The notes beneath the pieces are model-generated. The model was not told where the DNA came from. It did no database searches and worked only from the letters and a program-made list of their open reading frames with translations. Shown here piece by piece: positions 1-11,872 of a DNA stretch of 64,000 bases (its first letter is position 1; each line of letters starts with the position of its first letter). Origin of the DNA: an uncultured Gemmatimonadales bacterium (GTDB lineage: Bacteria > Gemmatimonadota > Gemmatimonadetes > Gemmatimonadales > GWC2-71-9); the NCBI GenBank assembly GCA_963844035.1, contig CAWJMT010000004.1:160001-224000 (forward strand). Direction: 5' to 3'. The position numbers and the translations under genes are program-made.

Positions 1-70
1 TGGCGGCCAAGATGCCGATGATCACCACGACGATCAACAGCTCGATCAGTGTAAAGCCCTTGCGGTTCAT
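1..70 (-). CDS. pilA: Type IV pilin, copy 1 (5' end only, runs off the window edge)
   Basis: Reverse complement of 1-70 reads MNRKGFTLIELLIVVVIIGILAA, a class III signal peptide identical to the two complete copies; not in the ORF track. Confidence 0.93.
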   Translation of the reverse strand, partial: MNRKGFTLIELLIVVVIIGILAA

Positions 71-145
71 CTCAGTACCCCATTGAACGTGTGGATCAAC
101 GGCTGTGGAGCAGGTGGCAGAGTGCCAACTCGTGATCCACGTGAA

Positions 146-160
146 GCAAGGGCCATGCTC
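146..160 (-). promoter_or_regulatory. Degenerate sigma54 -24/-12 element for pilin copy 1
   Basis: Minus strand GAGCAT-GGCCC-TTGC, 76 nt from the ATG (same spacing as copies 2 and 3) but AG in place of the conserved GG. Confidence 0.4.
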
Positions 161-294
161 ACGAGGTCGAATTTTGCTAAGGCGTTGCGGGTGGTCGCGA
201 TAGGATACTACGGCGGGGAAAAGCCCTACATCCTGGGCTCTCAAAAGCGGGGTCTTGTGCGACCGATTCCGCTAATTGCGGTACCGAAAGTCTC

Positions 295-322
295 GGAGCG
301 GCGGGGTTACCCCCGCCGCTCC
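295..322 (-). terminator. Hairpin terminator after pilin copy 2
   Basis: GGAGCGGCGGGG-TTAC-CCCCGCCGCTCC perfect 12-bp stem about 20 nt after the stop codon. Confidence 0.75.
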
Positions 323-344
323 GTGATGCGTCAGACTGAGAACC

Positions 345-761
345 TTACTGGCAGACCGGCGCGCCTTCCGGCGACGCGGCCGAAGCCGGAGCAGTCGGCG
401 TCACGGCGCCGATGTAGATGCCGCAGCTCTTCGACGTGTTGGTGTTGGTGACGTTCGTCGTCCAACCCGCCTGCGTACCAGTACCAGTCGTTACGGTGCC
501 CAGCGTATTGCCGGTCGTCGTACAGAACGAGACCGAACCCGCCGGCGCCGGATTGGCGCACGAAATGGCCGTGGTGTACTTGATCGAGTCGGCGAAGTAC
601 GCCTCCTCGGCGGTCACCAGGTTGCGCAGATCCGACTTCATGGAGGCGATGTACGCCTTTTCCTTCGTGTTGGCGAACTTCGGGATCGCGATGGCGGCCA
701 AGATGCCGATGATCACCACGACGATCAACAACTCGATCAGCGTAAAGCCCTTGCGGTTCAT
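345..761 (-). CDS. pilA: Type IV pilin, copy 2 (138 aa)
   Basis: MNRKG|FTLIE prepilin cleavage/methylation motif, hydrophobic helix, 4 Cys, Thr/Ser-rich head domain. Confidence 0.95.
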   Translation of the reverse strand: MNRKGFTLIELLIVVVIIGILAAIAIPKFANTKEKAYIASMKSDLRNLVTAEEAYFADSIKYTTAISCANPAPAGSVSFCTTTGNTLGTVTTGTGTQAGWTTNVTNTNTSKSCGIYIGAVTPTAPASAASPEGAPVCQ

Positions 762-837
762 TTCAGTGCTCCTGGGAACGTGTGGTTTTCAACGGCGGTG
801 AAACAGGTGGCAGGGCGCCAACTCGGGGCGAGGATAC

Positions 838-852
838 GCAAAGGACATACCT
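838..852 (-). promoter_or_regulatory. Sigma54 -24/-12 promoter for pilin copy 2
   Basis: Minus strand AGGTAT-GTCCT-TTGC (GG-N10-GC), 77 nt from the ATG; IHF-like CAACGGCTTA just upstream; PilR-like activator nearby. Confidence 0.65.
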
Positions 853-988
853 CAGGACGTCGAATTCGCTAAGCCGTTGCACGTGAGGGCTATGCGGCCC
901 AAGGGTGGGGGAATGCCTTACGTCCCCGGTCTCCAGGACACGGGCCTTGTGCCATCTATCTTGCCAATTGCAATGGCTCAAAACGCGA

Positions 989-1015
989 GAGCGGCGGGGT
1001 TACCCCCGCCGCTCC
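989..1015 (-). terminator. Intrinsic terminator after pilin copy 3
   Basis: Same hairpin as 295-322, followed on the minus strand by CGCGTTTT. Confidence 0.75.
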
Positions 1016-1037
1016 GTGATGCGTCAGACTGAGAAGC

Positions 1038-1454
1038 TTACTGGCAGACCGGCGCGCCCTCAGGCGACGCGGCCGAAGCCGGAGCAGTCGGCGTCACGGC
1101 GCCGATGTAGATGCCGCAGCTCTTCGACGTGTTGGTGTTGGTGACGTTCACCGTCCAACCCGCCTGCGTACCAGTACCAGTCGTCACCGTGCCCAGCGTA
1201 TTGCCGGTCGTCGTACAGAACGAGACCGAACCCGCCGGCGCCGGATTGGTGCACGACACGGCCGTGGTGTACTTGATCGAGTCGGCGAAATACGCCTCCT
1301 CGGCGGTCACCAGGTTGCGCAGATCCGACTTCATGGAGGCGATGTACGCCTTTTCCTTCGTGTTGGCGAACTTCGGGATCGCGATGGCGGCCAAGATGCC
1401 GATGATCACCACGACGATCAACAACTCGATCAGTGTAAAACCCTTGCGGTTCAT
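1038..1454 (-). CDS. pilA: Type IV pilin, copy 3 (138 aa)
   Basis: Start taken at MNRKGFTLIE (ATG 1454); differs from copy 2 at 3 amino acids. Confidence 0.95.
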   Translation of the reverse strand: MNRKGFTLIELLIVVVIIGILAAIAIPKFANTKEKAYIASMKSDLRNLVTAEEAYFADSIKYTTAVSCTNPAPAGSVSFCTTTGNTLGTVTTGTGTQAGWTVNVTNTNTSKSCGIYIGAVTPTAPASAASPEGAPVCQ

Positions 1455-1524
1455 TTCAGACGCTCCGGTTGACGGTGACTTCGTTGACCAGCCAAAAAGC
1501 GATTGCGATGGGGTCAGGGACGGG

Positions 1525-1539
1525 GCAAAGCTCATGCCC
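1525..1539 (-). promoter_or_regulatory. Sigma54 -24/-12 promoter for pilin copy 3, inside a 10-bp inverted repeat
   Basis: Minus strand GGGCAT-GAGCT-TTGC, 71 nt from the ATG; overlapping IR GGACGGGGCA (1518-1527) / TGCCCCGTCC (1535-1544); IHF-like ATTCAGTGACTTA upstream. Confidence 0.7.
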
Positions 1540-1679
1540 CGTCCGGAAAAGTCAGCTAAGTCACTGAATTACAATGTGTTAACGTGTGACCAGAAAGCTC
1601 TGGTCACATAGCAAGCCCTTGGCAATTTGCGGGTATCAGCGAGAAATTCGCGAGATTCTGGCGCCTGCAAAAAACTGCA

Positions 1680-3206
1680 CTATTGCTGGTGCAAGTATTG
1701 ATCGTACCACGATTTGTCCCACGGAAACCAGGTTCCGGCCGTGTCCGCCAGCGCGCGCGCTCGACCCCGGTCACCCCGCCTGAGCGCTACGACGAACTGA
1801 GCACGAAGCGCCACGTGCTCCCGCACGAGGAGGGCGCGAGCCTGCGCCGCCAGCGCGCGCGCCTGCGCGGTGTCCCCGAGGCCGGCGAGATAGAGGGCGT
1901 ACGCGGCGTTGAGGTGCGGATCGCCGTTGAACAGTGAGACGGCCCGTGCATACTCGCGCCGGGCCGAAGCGGTATCTCGCATCCCGGCAAGGACCGCGGC
2001 GGCCGATGCGTGTGCGCGGTACGACTCCGGGTGATCGGCGAGCAGCGTGAGCAAGAACGCGCGGTTGTCGCGCCACGCTCCGAGGCGGATGAACGAACCT
2101 GCGCCGAGACCGATAGCGAGAATCGCGAACGCGATCCGCCGGTCCGGCGCGCGCCCCAGCGCACGATGGCCAGCGACCACCGCATATCCCGCCAGCACCG
2201 AGACCAGCAGCACCGCCATGTAGAGGTTGCGCTCCGCCAACACGACGCCGGATGCGAACAAGAGATTGGAGGTTGGCAGGCAGCACAGCGCAGTCGCGAG
2301 TGCGGCGAAACTGAGCGCCGGCCAGCGGCGCCGGCACGACCAGGCCAGACCCGGTACTCCGACCACGATCGCGGCGCCGGTGACGGCGGCGAGTGAAATG
2401 CCGGTGCGCATCGGGAGGACTTGAGGCCCATAATCCGTCGACAGCCCGATCGGCCACACCAGTAACCGAGCGGCGCGCGCGATCGCGGGGAACGCCAGCG
2501 CGAGGCGCTGGCCCACTCCCACCCCGAGGAACGGTGCGGCGACATCGACCGAGGCGGCGGCTCCAATCTTCGCCCACAGCGCGAGGAACCCGACGGTGAC
2601 GACGGCCAGTGCCAGGTAGAGGCCCGCCGGGTAGCGGCGCGTGCCGGGGGGCCGCAGCCAGTCGTCGATCAAGACGACCATGCCGGCCACGACGCCGTGT
2701 TCCTTGCTGAGCATCGCGACACCCGCGCACGCGACGGCGACGGCCCACGAGCGGCGGCGGGCGCTCACCACGGCGCCCAGTATCCCCACGGCCGCGAGCA
2801 GCTCGGCGCGGCCTACGACTCCGGCAACCGCTTCGACATGGACCGGATGCAGCGCGAAGACGAGGCCCGCCGCGAGCGCTGCCGGCTCGGGTAGCCAGCG
2901 CGCGACGACCAGCACCACCAGGAGCGCGGCGACGCCGTGCCACAGCGCGTTCAGGAGATGGAACAGCCAGGGTCGGCCCCCGGCCAGCCACCAATCCACG
3001 GCGTAACTCAGAATCGTCAGCGGACGGTACAGGCCCCCGGCGTTGGGCGGCGGCCAGTAGGGACGGCTGAACCCGTGGACGGCCTGAGAGAGCGAGTGCA
3101 CGGTGGGATTGTTCGCGACGATGAGACGGTCGTCCTCCACGAAATCGTGGCGCACCGTCGGCAGGTAGAGCGCAGCAGCAGCCGCGAAGATCAGCCAGCG
3201 CTTCAC
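1680..3206 (-). CDS. TMTC-like GT-C protein O-glycosyltransferase with C-terminal TPR-like tail (paralog A)
   Basis: Motifs FVEDD..I..NP, LYRPL, HPVHVEAVAGVVGRAELL, LSKE, AERNLY; many TM helices; start GTG 3206 (MKRWLIF). Confidence 0.8.
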   Translation of the reverse strand: MKRWLIFAAAAALYLPTVRHDFVEDDRLIVANNPTVHSLSQAVHGFSRPYWPPPNAGGLYRPLTILSYAVDWWLAGGRPWLFHLLNALWHGVAALLVVLVVARWLPEPAALAAGLVFALHPVHVEAVAGVVGRAELLAAVGILGAVVSARRRSWAVAVACAGVAMLSKEHGVVAGMVVLIDDWLRPPGTRRYPAGLYLALAVVTVGFLALWAKIGAAASVDVAAPFLGVGVGQRLALAFPAIARAARLLVWPIGLSTDYGPQVLPMRTGISLAAVTGAAIVVGVPGLAWSCRRRWPALSFAALATALCCLPTSNLLFASGVVLAERNLYMAVLLVSVLAGYAVVAGHRALGRAPDRRIAFAILAIGLGAGSFIRLGAWRDNRAFLLTLLADHPESYRAHASAAAVLAGMRDTASARREYARAVSLFNGDPHLNAAYALYLAGLGDTAQARALAAQARALLVREHVALRAQFVVALRRGDRGRARALADTAGTWFPWDKSWYDQYLHQQ

Positions 3207-4705
3207 GGCTCGTCGAAACGCCTTCACCCGTGCGAGCAGCGAGTCGGCGGTCGCGGTGTCGCCCCGCGCCAGCGCGCCATTCGCTTCGTAGCGGTAGTAG
3301 TAGGCGCACCGATTGCAAAGCTCCTCCAGGCGACGGAGCATCGAATCGGCGAGGGCCGGACGCCGGAGCCCGAAGGCCGCATCGGCACCCCACACATACA
3401 CCCAGGGGAACCGGTCGTAGATGGCGGTCGAAGCGCGGAATGCCTCAATCGCCTTCTCGTTCTGACCCTTGCTCAGGTAGACGCCCACCATGCGCGCCGG
3501 CCCGTCGTAGGAGCGGGGTGAATCTTCCAGCTCGCTCAAGATGACCGAGCTGGCATCGCGCCAGATCGGCACCCGGAGTCGCGGTGCGCACACCGCCGGC
3601 CAGTACCAACACCACCGCCACCAGTCGCAGGCGCGCCGGCGCCAGATCCTTGAGCCACGCCCCCGCCGCCAGCGCCAGCCCCGCCGACGGCAGATACAGC
3701 GTCCGCTCCGCCACGAGAATCCCCACCGGAAACACCAGATTCGCCACCGGCAAGAGCGCGATCGCGATCCACCCCAACCCGAACGCTTCCACCCGCCGGC
3801 CCCGCCGCCAGGCCAGCGCCAGCAGCCCACCCCACACCGCCACACACAACAAGCCCAGCGCAAACCGCGAATCGAACGGCGTGGTGACCAGGGTACGCTC
3901 GGCCGGGGAGTAATCCACCCGCAGCGTCAGGGGAAACACCAGCAGGCGCGCTACATCGGCGAATGCCGCCACCGCCGTCAGCCGGATCTGCCAGGGCGAG
4001 GCCCAGACGAACACCGGCGCGATATTCTCGATCCGGGCCAGGGGGTGAAGGATGGTGTGACGGGTCACCGCGTACACCGCGGCGACGGCGACCCAGCTGG
4101 CGGCGTAGGCGAGCATGCGGCGGCGAGACGGGCGCTGGAAGCCCAGCATCCAACCCCACACCACCAGCCCCGGCACCACCGCCGCGTTTTCCTTGCTCAA
4201 CAGCCCCGCCACGAGCGCCGTCGCGCTCAACGCCACGCTGTCTCGCCCCAACGCCGCATACACCGCCAGCAGCGCGAACAGCGCCGCCATCAACTCGGCC
4301 CGGCCCACGATGTTCGCCACCGCCTCCACGTGCACCGGATGCACCGCGAACAGCAGCCCGCTCGACCAGCGCCGCGGTGTCGCCGCTCCAGCGCCGCACC
4401 AGCCCCGCCACCAGCACGCTGACGCCGGCGTGCCACACGATGTTCATCCCGTGGAACCAGCCCACGTGCCCGATGGACCAGTCCAGCGTGAAACTCGCGA
4501 TCGCCAGCGGCCGGTACAGCTGTCCCCCGAGCTCGCGCGGCCAGTACGGCAACACGAACGCCCGCCACACGCCGCTCAGGTCGTGGACCAGCGGGTTGTA
4601 GTAGATGATCGGGATGTCGTCGAGCGCCCAGCGGTTCCAGATGGCCCCGAGGTAGACAACCACCGCGCAGGCGGCGACGGCGAGATACAGACGTCTAGCG
4701 GTCAT
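3203..4705 (-). CDS. TMTC-like glycosyltransferase paralog B (apparent frameshifts near 4364 and 3578)
   Basis: MTARRLYL start at 4705; WALDDIPIIYYNP, LYRPL, HPVHVEAVANIVGRAELM, LSKE, AERTLYLPS spread over three ORF-track frames; 3' end uncertain (reads in frame into paralog A as assembled). Confidence 0.78.
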
Positions 4706-6210
4706 GGCGTGCGGCGACACTCCTTTGGGCGCGCGCGAGCAGCGTATCGGCAAATGCGGTGTAGCCCCGCGCGAGGGCGGCCACCGCTTCGTACTGATAG
4801 TAGTGCTCGCAGCGCACGCATGCGCGCTCGAGGCGCTGCAATAGTGAGTCGGCTACGGCAGTCCGGCCGATGGCGAACGCGGCCTCTGCACCCGTCACGT
4901 ACAGCCAGGGGAGCGTTTGATCGTAGATCGCCGTCGACCGCTCGAAAGCCTCGAGGGCGCGTTCGGGTTGATGGCTGTTGAGGTAGAGCGTCACCATCTT
5001 CGCGGGCCCGTCGTAGGAGCGGGGCGAATCCTCGAGCTCGCTCAGGACCACCGAGTTCACATCGCGCCACACCGGCACCCGGAGCGCGGTGCGCACACCG
5101 CCGGCCAGTACCAGCACCACCGCCACCAATCGCAGGCGCGCCGGTGCCAGATCCTTGAGCCACGCCCCCGCCGCCAGCGCCAGCCCCGCCGACGGCAGAT
5201 ACAGCGTCCGCTCCGCCACCAGGATCCCCACCGGAAACACCAGATTCGCCACCGGCAAGAGCGCGATCGCGATCCACCCCAACCCGAACGCCTCCACCCG
5301 CCGGCCCCGGCGCCAGGCCAGCGCCAGCAGCCCACCCCACACCGCCACACACAGCAGGCCCAGCGCAAACCGCGGATCGAACGGCGTGGTGACCAGGGTG
5401 CGCTCGGCCGGGGAGTAATCCACCCGCAACGTCAGGGGGAACACCAGCAGGCGCGCTACATCCGCGAACGCCGCCACCGCCGTCAGCCGGATCTGCCAGG
5501 GCGAGGCGCCGATGAACACGGGCGCGAGGTTGTAGATCAAAGCGTTGTCGCGCAGCACCGTGTGGCGCACCACGACGTAGGCCGCGGCGACGGCGACCCA
5601 GCTGGCGGCGTAGGCGAGCATGCGGCGGCGGGACGGGCGCTGGAAGCCCAGCATCCAACCCCACACCACCAGCCCCGGCACCACCGCCGCGTTCTCCTTG
5701 CTCAACAGCCCCGCCACGAGCGCCGCCGCGCTCAACGCCACGCTGTCCCGCCCCAAGCGCCGCGTACACCGCCAGCAGCGCGAACAGCGCCGCCATCAGC
5801 TCGGCCCGGCCCACGATGTTCGCCACCGCCTCCACGTGCACCGGATGCACCGCGAACAGCAGCCCGCTCACCAGCGCCGCGGTGTCTCCGCTCCAGCGCC
5901 GCACCAGCCCCGCCACCAGCACGCTGACGCCGGCGTGCCACACGATGTTCATCCCGTGGAACCAGCCCACGTGCCCGATGGACCAGTCCAGCGCGTAACT
6001 CGCAATCGCCAGCGGCCGGTACAGGCCACCGCCGACCTGTGGTGGCCAGTACGAGGTGAGGAACGCCCGCCACGTGGCGCCGGGAGCGTGGAACAGCGGG
6101 TTGAACAGGACGATGGGGTTGTCGTCGAGCGCGAAACGGTTCCACAGGGCGCCGACGTACACGATCGCGGCCGCGGCACCCACCGCGAGGTAGAGCCGCT
6201 TAGCGGTCAC
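4695..6210 (-). CDS. TMTC-like glycosyltransferase paralog C (apparent frameshift near 5757)
   Basis: MTAKRLYL start; FALDDNPIVLFNP, LYRPL, HPVHVEAV, LSKE, AERTLYLPS; ORFs 4702..6210 and 4695..5756 joined. Confidence 0.8.
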
Positions 6211-7714
6211 GGTTCACGGCGAATACGGTCCGGCCGCCCGGCCAGCGGCGGACGATGGTGAGCCACCCCGGGTAGGCGCCGAGCAGGGTATCGAGCTCCT
6301 TGGCGGAGCCGCCACCGAAACCCGCGAGCAGGACGTGCGTTACGCCCTGACGCTCGAGGTAGGCGCGATGCTCGGCAGGGGTCGGGTGGATCTCCGTGGA
6401 GCCGCGGTACCCATAGATATAGAAGGGGACGGCGGGCTGCCGCGTGTACAGCCAGACCAGCGCTTCGTCGTCGGTGGCGAGCACGCTGCCCGGTGGCAGG
6501 GTCCGCACCCAGGGCAGCAGCTCTCGAAAATTGGCGGAGATCTGCGACGCGGTGAGCCCCCACCAGCGTCCGGCGAAGCCGCGCGCCTCGCGCCACCCGT
6601 ACCCCGCGACCATTGTCAACACCACGATCACCACGGGGAGGCGAAGCGCCGGGCGCTCGAGCAGCGCCAGCGCCCCCGCAGCCCACACGAGCACCAGCCA
6701 CGGGAGCACGGCCCAGAGGAACCGGTCGGGAGGGAACGGCCAGATGGCGAGAATCGCGAAGTAGCAGATCAGGGTAAAGCCGATGGGTGAGCGGCGCACG
6801 ATGCGGGTGAGGCCATACAGGCCGATGGCGAGCGCGACGGCGCCAAGCAGATAGTAGAGCGGCGCCGGCAGTCCGCCGAACACGAGATCGGCCAGGGGCC
6901 GCGGCAGGTCGCGCGCGCTGGCGCGAAACACGCCGAGGCCCGCCTGCTGGACGGTCTCGAAGTAGCTGCCGTAGTTCATCGCCAGGGCAGGATCGAGCCC
7001 GCCCGAATGCCGCACCACCCACGCCCCCCAGCCGGCAGCAGCCACCACCACGCCGGCCACCGCGGCAAGCACGTCCACCCATGGGGCCCGTCGCACCAGG
7101 ACGAGATACAGGGCGATGCCGGCTCCCGCGGCTACACCCAGGGAGCGGGTGAGCAGCGCGAGCGCCGCGGCCAGTCCCGGCAAGCGCGGCGGAAGTGGTG
7201 GAAGACCAGCGCGGCGGAGGAGTCCCCGGCCAGGATCACGGCGGCGGCGAGCCAGACTCCGAAGAGCGGCTCGGCGAACAGGACACTCTGGATCGCGAGC
7301 ACCGGCATCGACAGCGCGCTGGCCGCGACGAGGGCCGGGGCAAGCCAGGCGGGCGCGCGGTCGCCCAGCAGGTTCGCCCGGACGGCATACCAGGCCACGA
7401 GGCCGGCGCCGATGGCGCCGAGCAGCAGGTTGAGGATCTTGGCCGCGAACGCGGCCGTCTCGACCGACAACGTTGCGAACAGCGGGGCCAGGAGCAGCGG
7501 GTAGAGGGGCGGATAGTGGATTGCCGCCGGAGCGCCGGGGAGATGCGGATGCACGTAGCCCAGGCCTTCGCCGAGGGCGACGGCGAGCCCGGCATACAGG
7601 CCGTCGTCGTAGAAGACGCCGACCAGATCGTGATTGAGAGTGAGTGCACCGCCGGCGAGCACGACCATCCCGACGCCGAGTGCCGGCGCGGGCGGGGGTC
7701 AGCGCCTGCGCCAA
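6200..7714 (-). CDS. GT-C fold integral membrane glycosyltransferase (ArnT/PMT-like); frameshifted, start approximate
   Basis: GVFYDDGLY acidic loop motif, [10 protein letters not shown], multiple TMs, DRFLWAVLP; pieces in ORF 7132..7668 and the 3' part of 6200..8344. Confidence 0.65.
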   Translation of the reverse strand: MAQALTPARAGTRRRDGRARRRCTHSQSRSGRRLLRRRPVCRARRRPRRRPGLRASASPRRSGGNPLSAPLPAAPGPAVRNVVGRDGRVRGQDPQPAARRHRRRPRGLVCRPGEPAGRPRARLACPGPRRGQRAVDAGARDPECPVRRAALRSLARRRRDPGRGLLRRAGLPPLPPRLPGLAAALALLTRSLGVAAGAGIALYLVLVRRAPWVDVLAAVAGVVVAAAGWGAWVVRHSGGLDPALAMNYGSYFETVQQAGLGVFRASARDLPRPLADLVFGGLPAPLYYLLGAVALAIGLYGLTRIVRRSPIGFTLICYFAILAIWPFPPDRFLWAVLPWLVLVWAAGALALLERPALRLPVVIVVLTMVAGYGWREARGFAGRWWGLTASQISANFRELLPWVRTLPPGSVLATDDEALVWLYTRQPAVPFYIYGYRGSTEIHPTPAEHRAYLERQGVTHVLLAGFGGGSAKELDTLLGAYPGWLTIVRRWPGGRTVFAVNRDR

Positions 7715-8407
7715 TCCCCGGCCGGCGGGAAGAGGTTGTAGCGCAGGATGTGAAAGAAGGCGGCGACTCCGTCCTTCCAGGTGATCTTCTTCCCTTCGGC
7801 GTAGGTGCGGCCGCTGTAGGAGATGGGCTGCTCCCAGATGCGCGCCCCGACCTGCGCCAGCCGCGCGGTGATCTCGACCTCGAATCCGAACCGGTTCGCC
7901 GTGAGCGGCAGACGCTTCATCAGGTCCGTGCGCACCAGCTTGTAGCACGTCTCCATGTCGGTGATGTTCAGGTTCGTGAACATGTTGGAGAGGAGGGTGA
8001 GAGCCTTGTTCCCGACGTAGTGCCAGAAGTACAGCACGCGGTGGGGCCCTCCCTGAAAGCGCGATCCGAACACCGCATCGGCCTTTCCGTCCAGGATCGG
8101 CTTCAAGCAGGCCCGGCAGGTCGGCCGGGTCGTACTCGAGGTCCGCGTCCTGGATGACGATCACGTCACCGGTGGCCCGCGCGATCCCCGAGCGGATGGC
8201 GGCCCCCTTGCCGCGGTTCACCGGGTGGCGCTCGAGGTGGTCGATGGTGCGGGCCTCGTGCAGCCGTTCCAGCACCGCCGCCGACCCGTCGCGCGACGCG
8301 TCATCGATCGCGATCACCTCGAGCGAAACCGGAATGGCGCGCACCCGCTGCCACCAGGTGCTCGAGCGTCGCCGCTTCGTTGTAGACGGGGATCAGGACC
8401 GAGAGCT

Positions 8408-8411
<4 letters not shown>
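7699..8411 (-). CDS. GT2 polyprenol-phosphate glycosyltransferase (DPM1/GtrB-like); frameshifts near 8345 and 8108
   Basis: [64 protein letters not shown]. Confidence 0.88.
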
Positions 8412-9798
<1,387 letters not shown>

Positions 9799-9802
<4 letters not shown>

Positions 9803-11461
9803 GCGGCCTCCTCTTTGCGGCGGGCGGCGGGGAAGTGCACGATGAACGTGGTCCCCCGGCCCGCGGTAGTGTCCACCAAAACCAGGCCGCGGTGCGCCTC
9901 GACCGCGCGCTGCACGATGGCGAGCCCGAGGCCCGTCCCTCCCGTGCGACCGGTGACGAACGGCTCGAACAGCCGGGCCCGAACGGGCTCGGGGATCCCC
10001 GGCCCATTGTCGGTGACCCGCAACGAAACGGGATTGTCGATCCCCGCGCCCCCCGGCAGGTCCTGCAGCGACGAGCGACCGGTCCGCACCACCACCCGGG
10101 CGCCGGGGCCCGTCGCCTGAACGGCGTTCAGGAGCAGGTTCGACACGACCCGGTGCAGCAAGTCCTCGTCGCCCTCCATCGCGGTGACCTCCCCTTCCAG
10201 GGTGATCTGCGCGTCCGCGGGGCAGTCGGGATGCTCCCGCACCAGCCGGATGGCCGCGGCGGCCACCTGATGCAGATCGAGCGGGCGGCATTCGGTCACG
10301 CGCACCCGCGAGAAATCGAGGAACTCGGACAGCAGGCGCGACAGGCGATCGCTTTCCCGGACGATCAATCCCGCCAGGAATTTTTCGTCTGGATTGGTGC
10401 GCGTGGAGCGGGCGAGCTGCTCCACCGATGAGCGAATCGAAGCGAGCGGATTCTTGATCTCGTGCGCCAGGCTCGACGACAGCTCGGCGACCGCCTCGAG
10501 ACGCTGCGCCCGCAGATGCAGCTCGGCGAGCCGTTTGGAATCCGAGATGTCGGTGAAGATCGCCGTCACGCGCGGCGGGCCGTCGGCGTCCAGATCCAGC
10601 GTGGTGGTGGTGACGCCGATCAGAAAGGTCCGGTCCGGCGCGCCGCACGGTCGCCTCGACCCGCATCGCGCGCACGCCGCGCCGCGCCGTTGCGGTGACG
10701 GCGGCCCAGAACTCCGGCGCGATGCGCGCGAATTCCGGCATGATCGGCCGGGAGCGCCAGTCGCGCTCCCGGAACCCAAAGATCTGCTCGGCCGCCGGAT
10801 TGCAGTACAGCAGCACCCCGTCGCCGTCGATGGTCACGATGCCGGTGGGAATGTTGCGGAGCACGTCCGCCGCTTCGAGCCGCACCTGGCGCAGCTCGCC
10901 CGCCAACGCCTCGCGCTCGGCGCCCATGACGGACACGCGGCTCGCGAAATACGCCGTCACCGCTGCCACGGACGCGAACAGCGCCAGCTGGATGGCCGTG
11001 TCCGGGGTCGCGGTCGTGTGGTGGCCGAAGAACACGTCGGCGAAATACACGATGCCTGCGAGCAGCGTCACGAGGCCGGTGCTGGCCGGCGGCATCAGCA
11101 CGGCGCTCACCGCGATCAGCGGCACATATAAGGAGGTGAAGTCGCTCTGCGGCCCCCCGGTGATGTGCACGACCGCGGTGATGAGCGCCGTGTCGAACAG
11201 CACCTGGCTGTACAGGAAGGTCAGACCCGGCCGGCGATTCCGGATATGGGTGTGCCAGTAGGAGGCGATGGTCACGACCACCGCCGCCACGAGCATGAAG
11301 GACGTGACCAGGATGTCCGACGGGGCGACGACTTTGAACTTGAGCGCGGCGCTGAGGTAGATCGCGACCGCGACACACATCCGCCCGACGTAGACGGCGC
11401 GGAGTAGCGTCTGGGGAGTCGGAATCGCCGACGAGGTTGAACGGGCGCCGAGCCAGCGCAC
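9799..11461 (-). CDS. pilS: Membrane sensor histidine kinase with PAS domain (PilS-like); frameshift near 10640
   Basis: N-terminal TMs with HITGG..SDF, PAS region, LAHEIKNPL H-box, DNGPGI and GTGLGL G-boxes. Confidence 0.82.
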
Positions 11462-11612
11462 GGACGCTCCTTCCCGGCCCGCCGGAGCTGGCGCTCGGCG
11501 AACCTAGCTAAACGAAAGCAATGTAATCAGTTATCTTGGCGACCGCGGACTGTTCGAGGCTGGACGCCGGGTAATTATTGGAGTTGGTGTGGCAAAGTGC
11601 AATAGCGGCGGC

Positions 11613-11765
11613 TCACGCCGACGGGGGGGTGGCGGGAGCGGAGGTCCCCTGCGCTTCGCGCTGCCGTTTCACGTGCTTGGCTTTGCCTTTCTTCCGAAGG
11701 CGGGTATTCCCGTACGTGCCGCGGTGGATCTTGCCGCGTTTGCTGCGGAGGTCGCCCTTGCCCAT
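11613..11765 (-). CDS. thx: 30S ribosomal protein THX (bTHX)
   Basis: MGKGDLRSKRGKIHRGTYG matches the bTHX signature (MGKGD..T.RGKI..GTYG); GAGG RBS upstream. Confidence 0.88.
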   Translation of the reverse strand: MGKGDLRSKRGKIHRGTYGNTRLRKKGKAKHVKRQREAQGTSAPATPPSA

Positions 11766-11872
11766 CGTGGTCCTCGTGTGAAGGTAAGTAGCGAGAAAGG
11801 TACTCCACGATCCATGGTGCAACCAGCCCGCCTACTCCGCACCCTCCGCGTCGCGATTAGATTGCCCTCCCT

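Noticed and set aside
345..1454. Pilin repeats as a diversity-generating retroelement TR/VR pair or Neisseria-type silent cassettes
   Set aside because: Differences are not adenine-specific, no reverse transcriptase is in the window, and both copies are full length with their own start, promoter motif and terminator
1680..3863. Apparent in-frame fusion of TMTC paralog B to paralog A
   Set aside because: A GTGA start/stop overlap sits at the junction (3203-3206), as at other junctions in this operon; one indel would restore two genes. Not fully excluded without reads.
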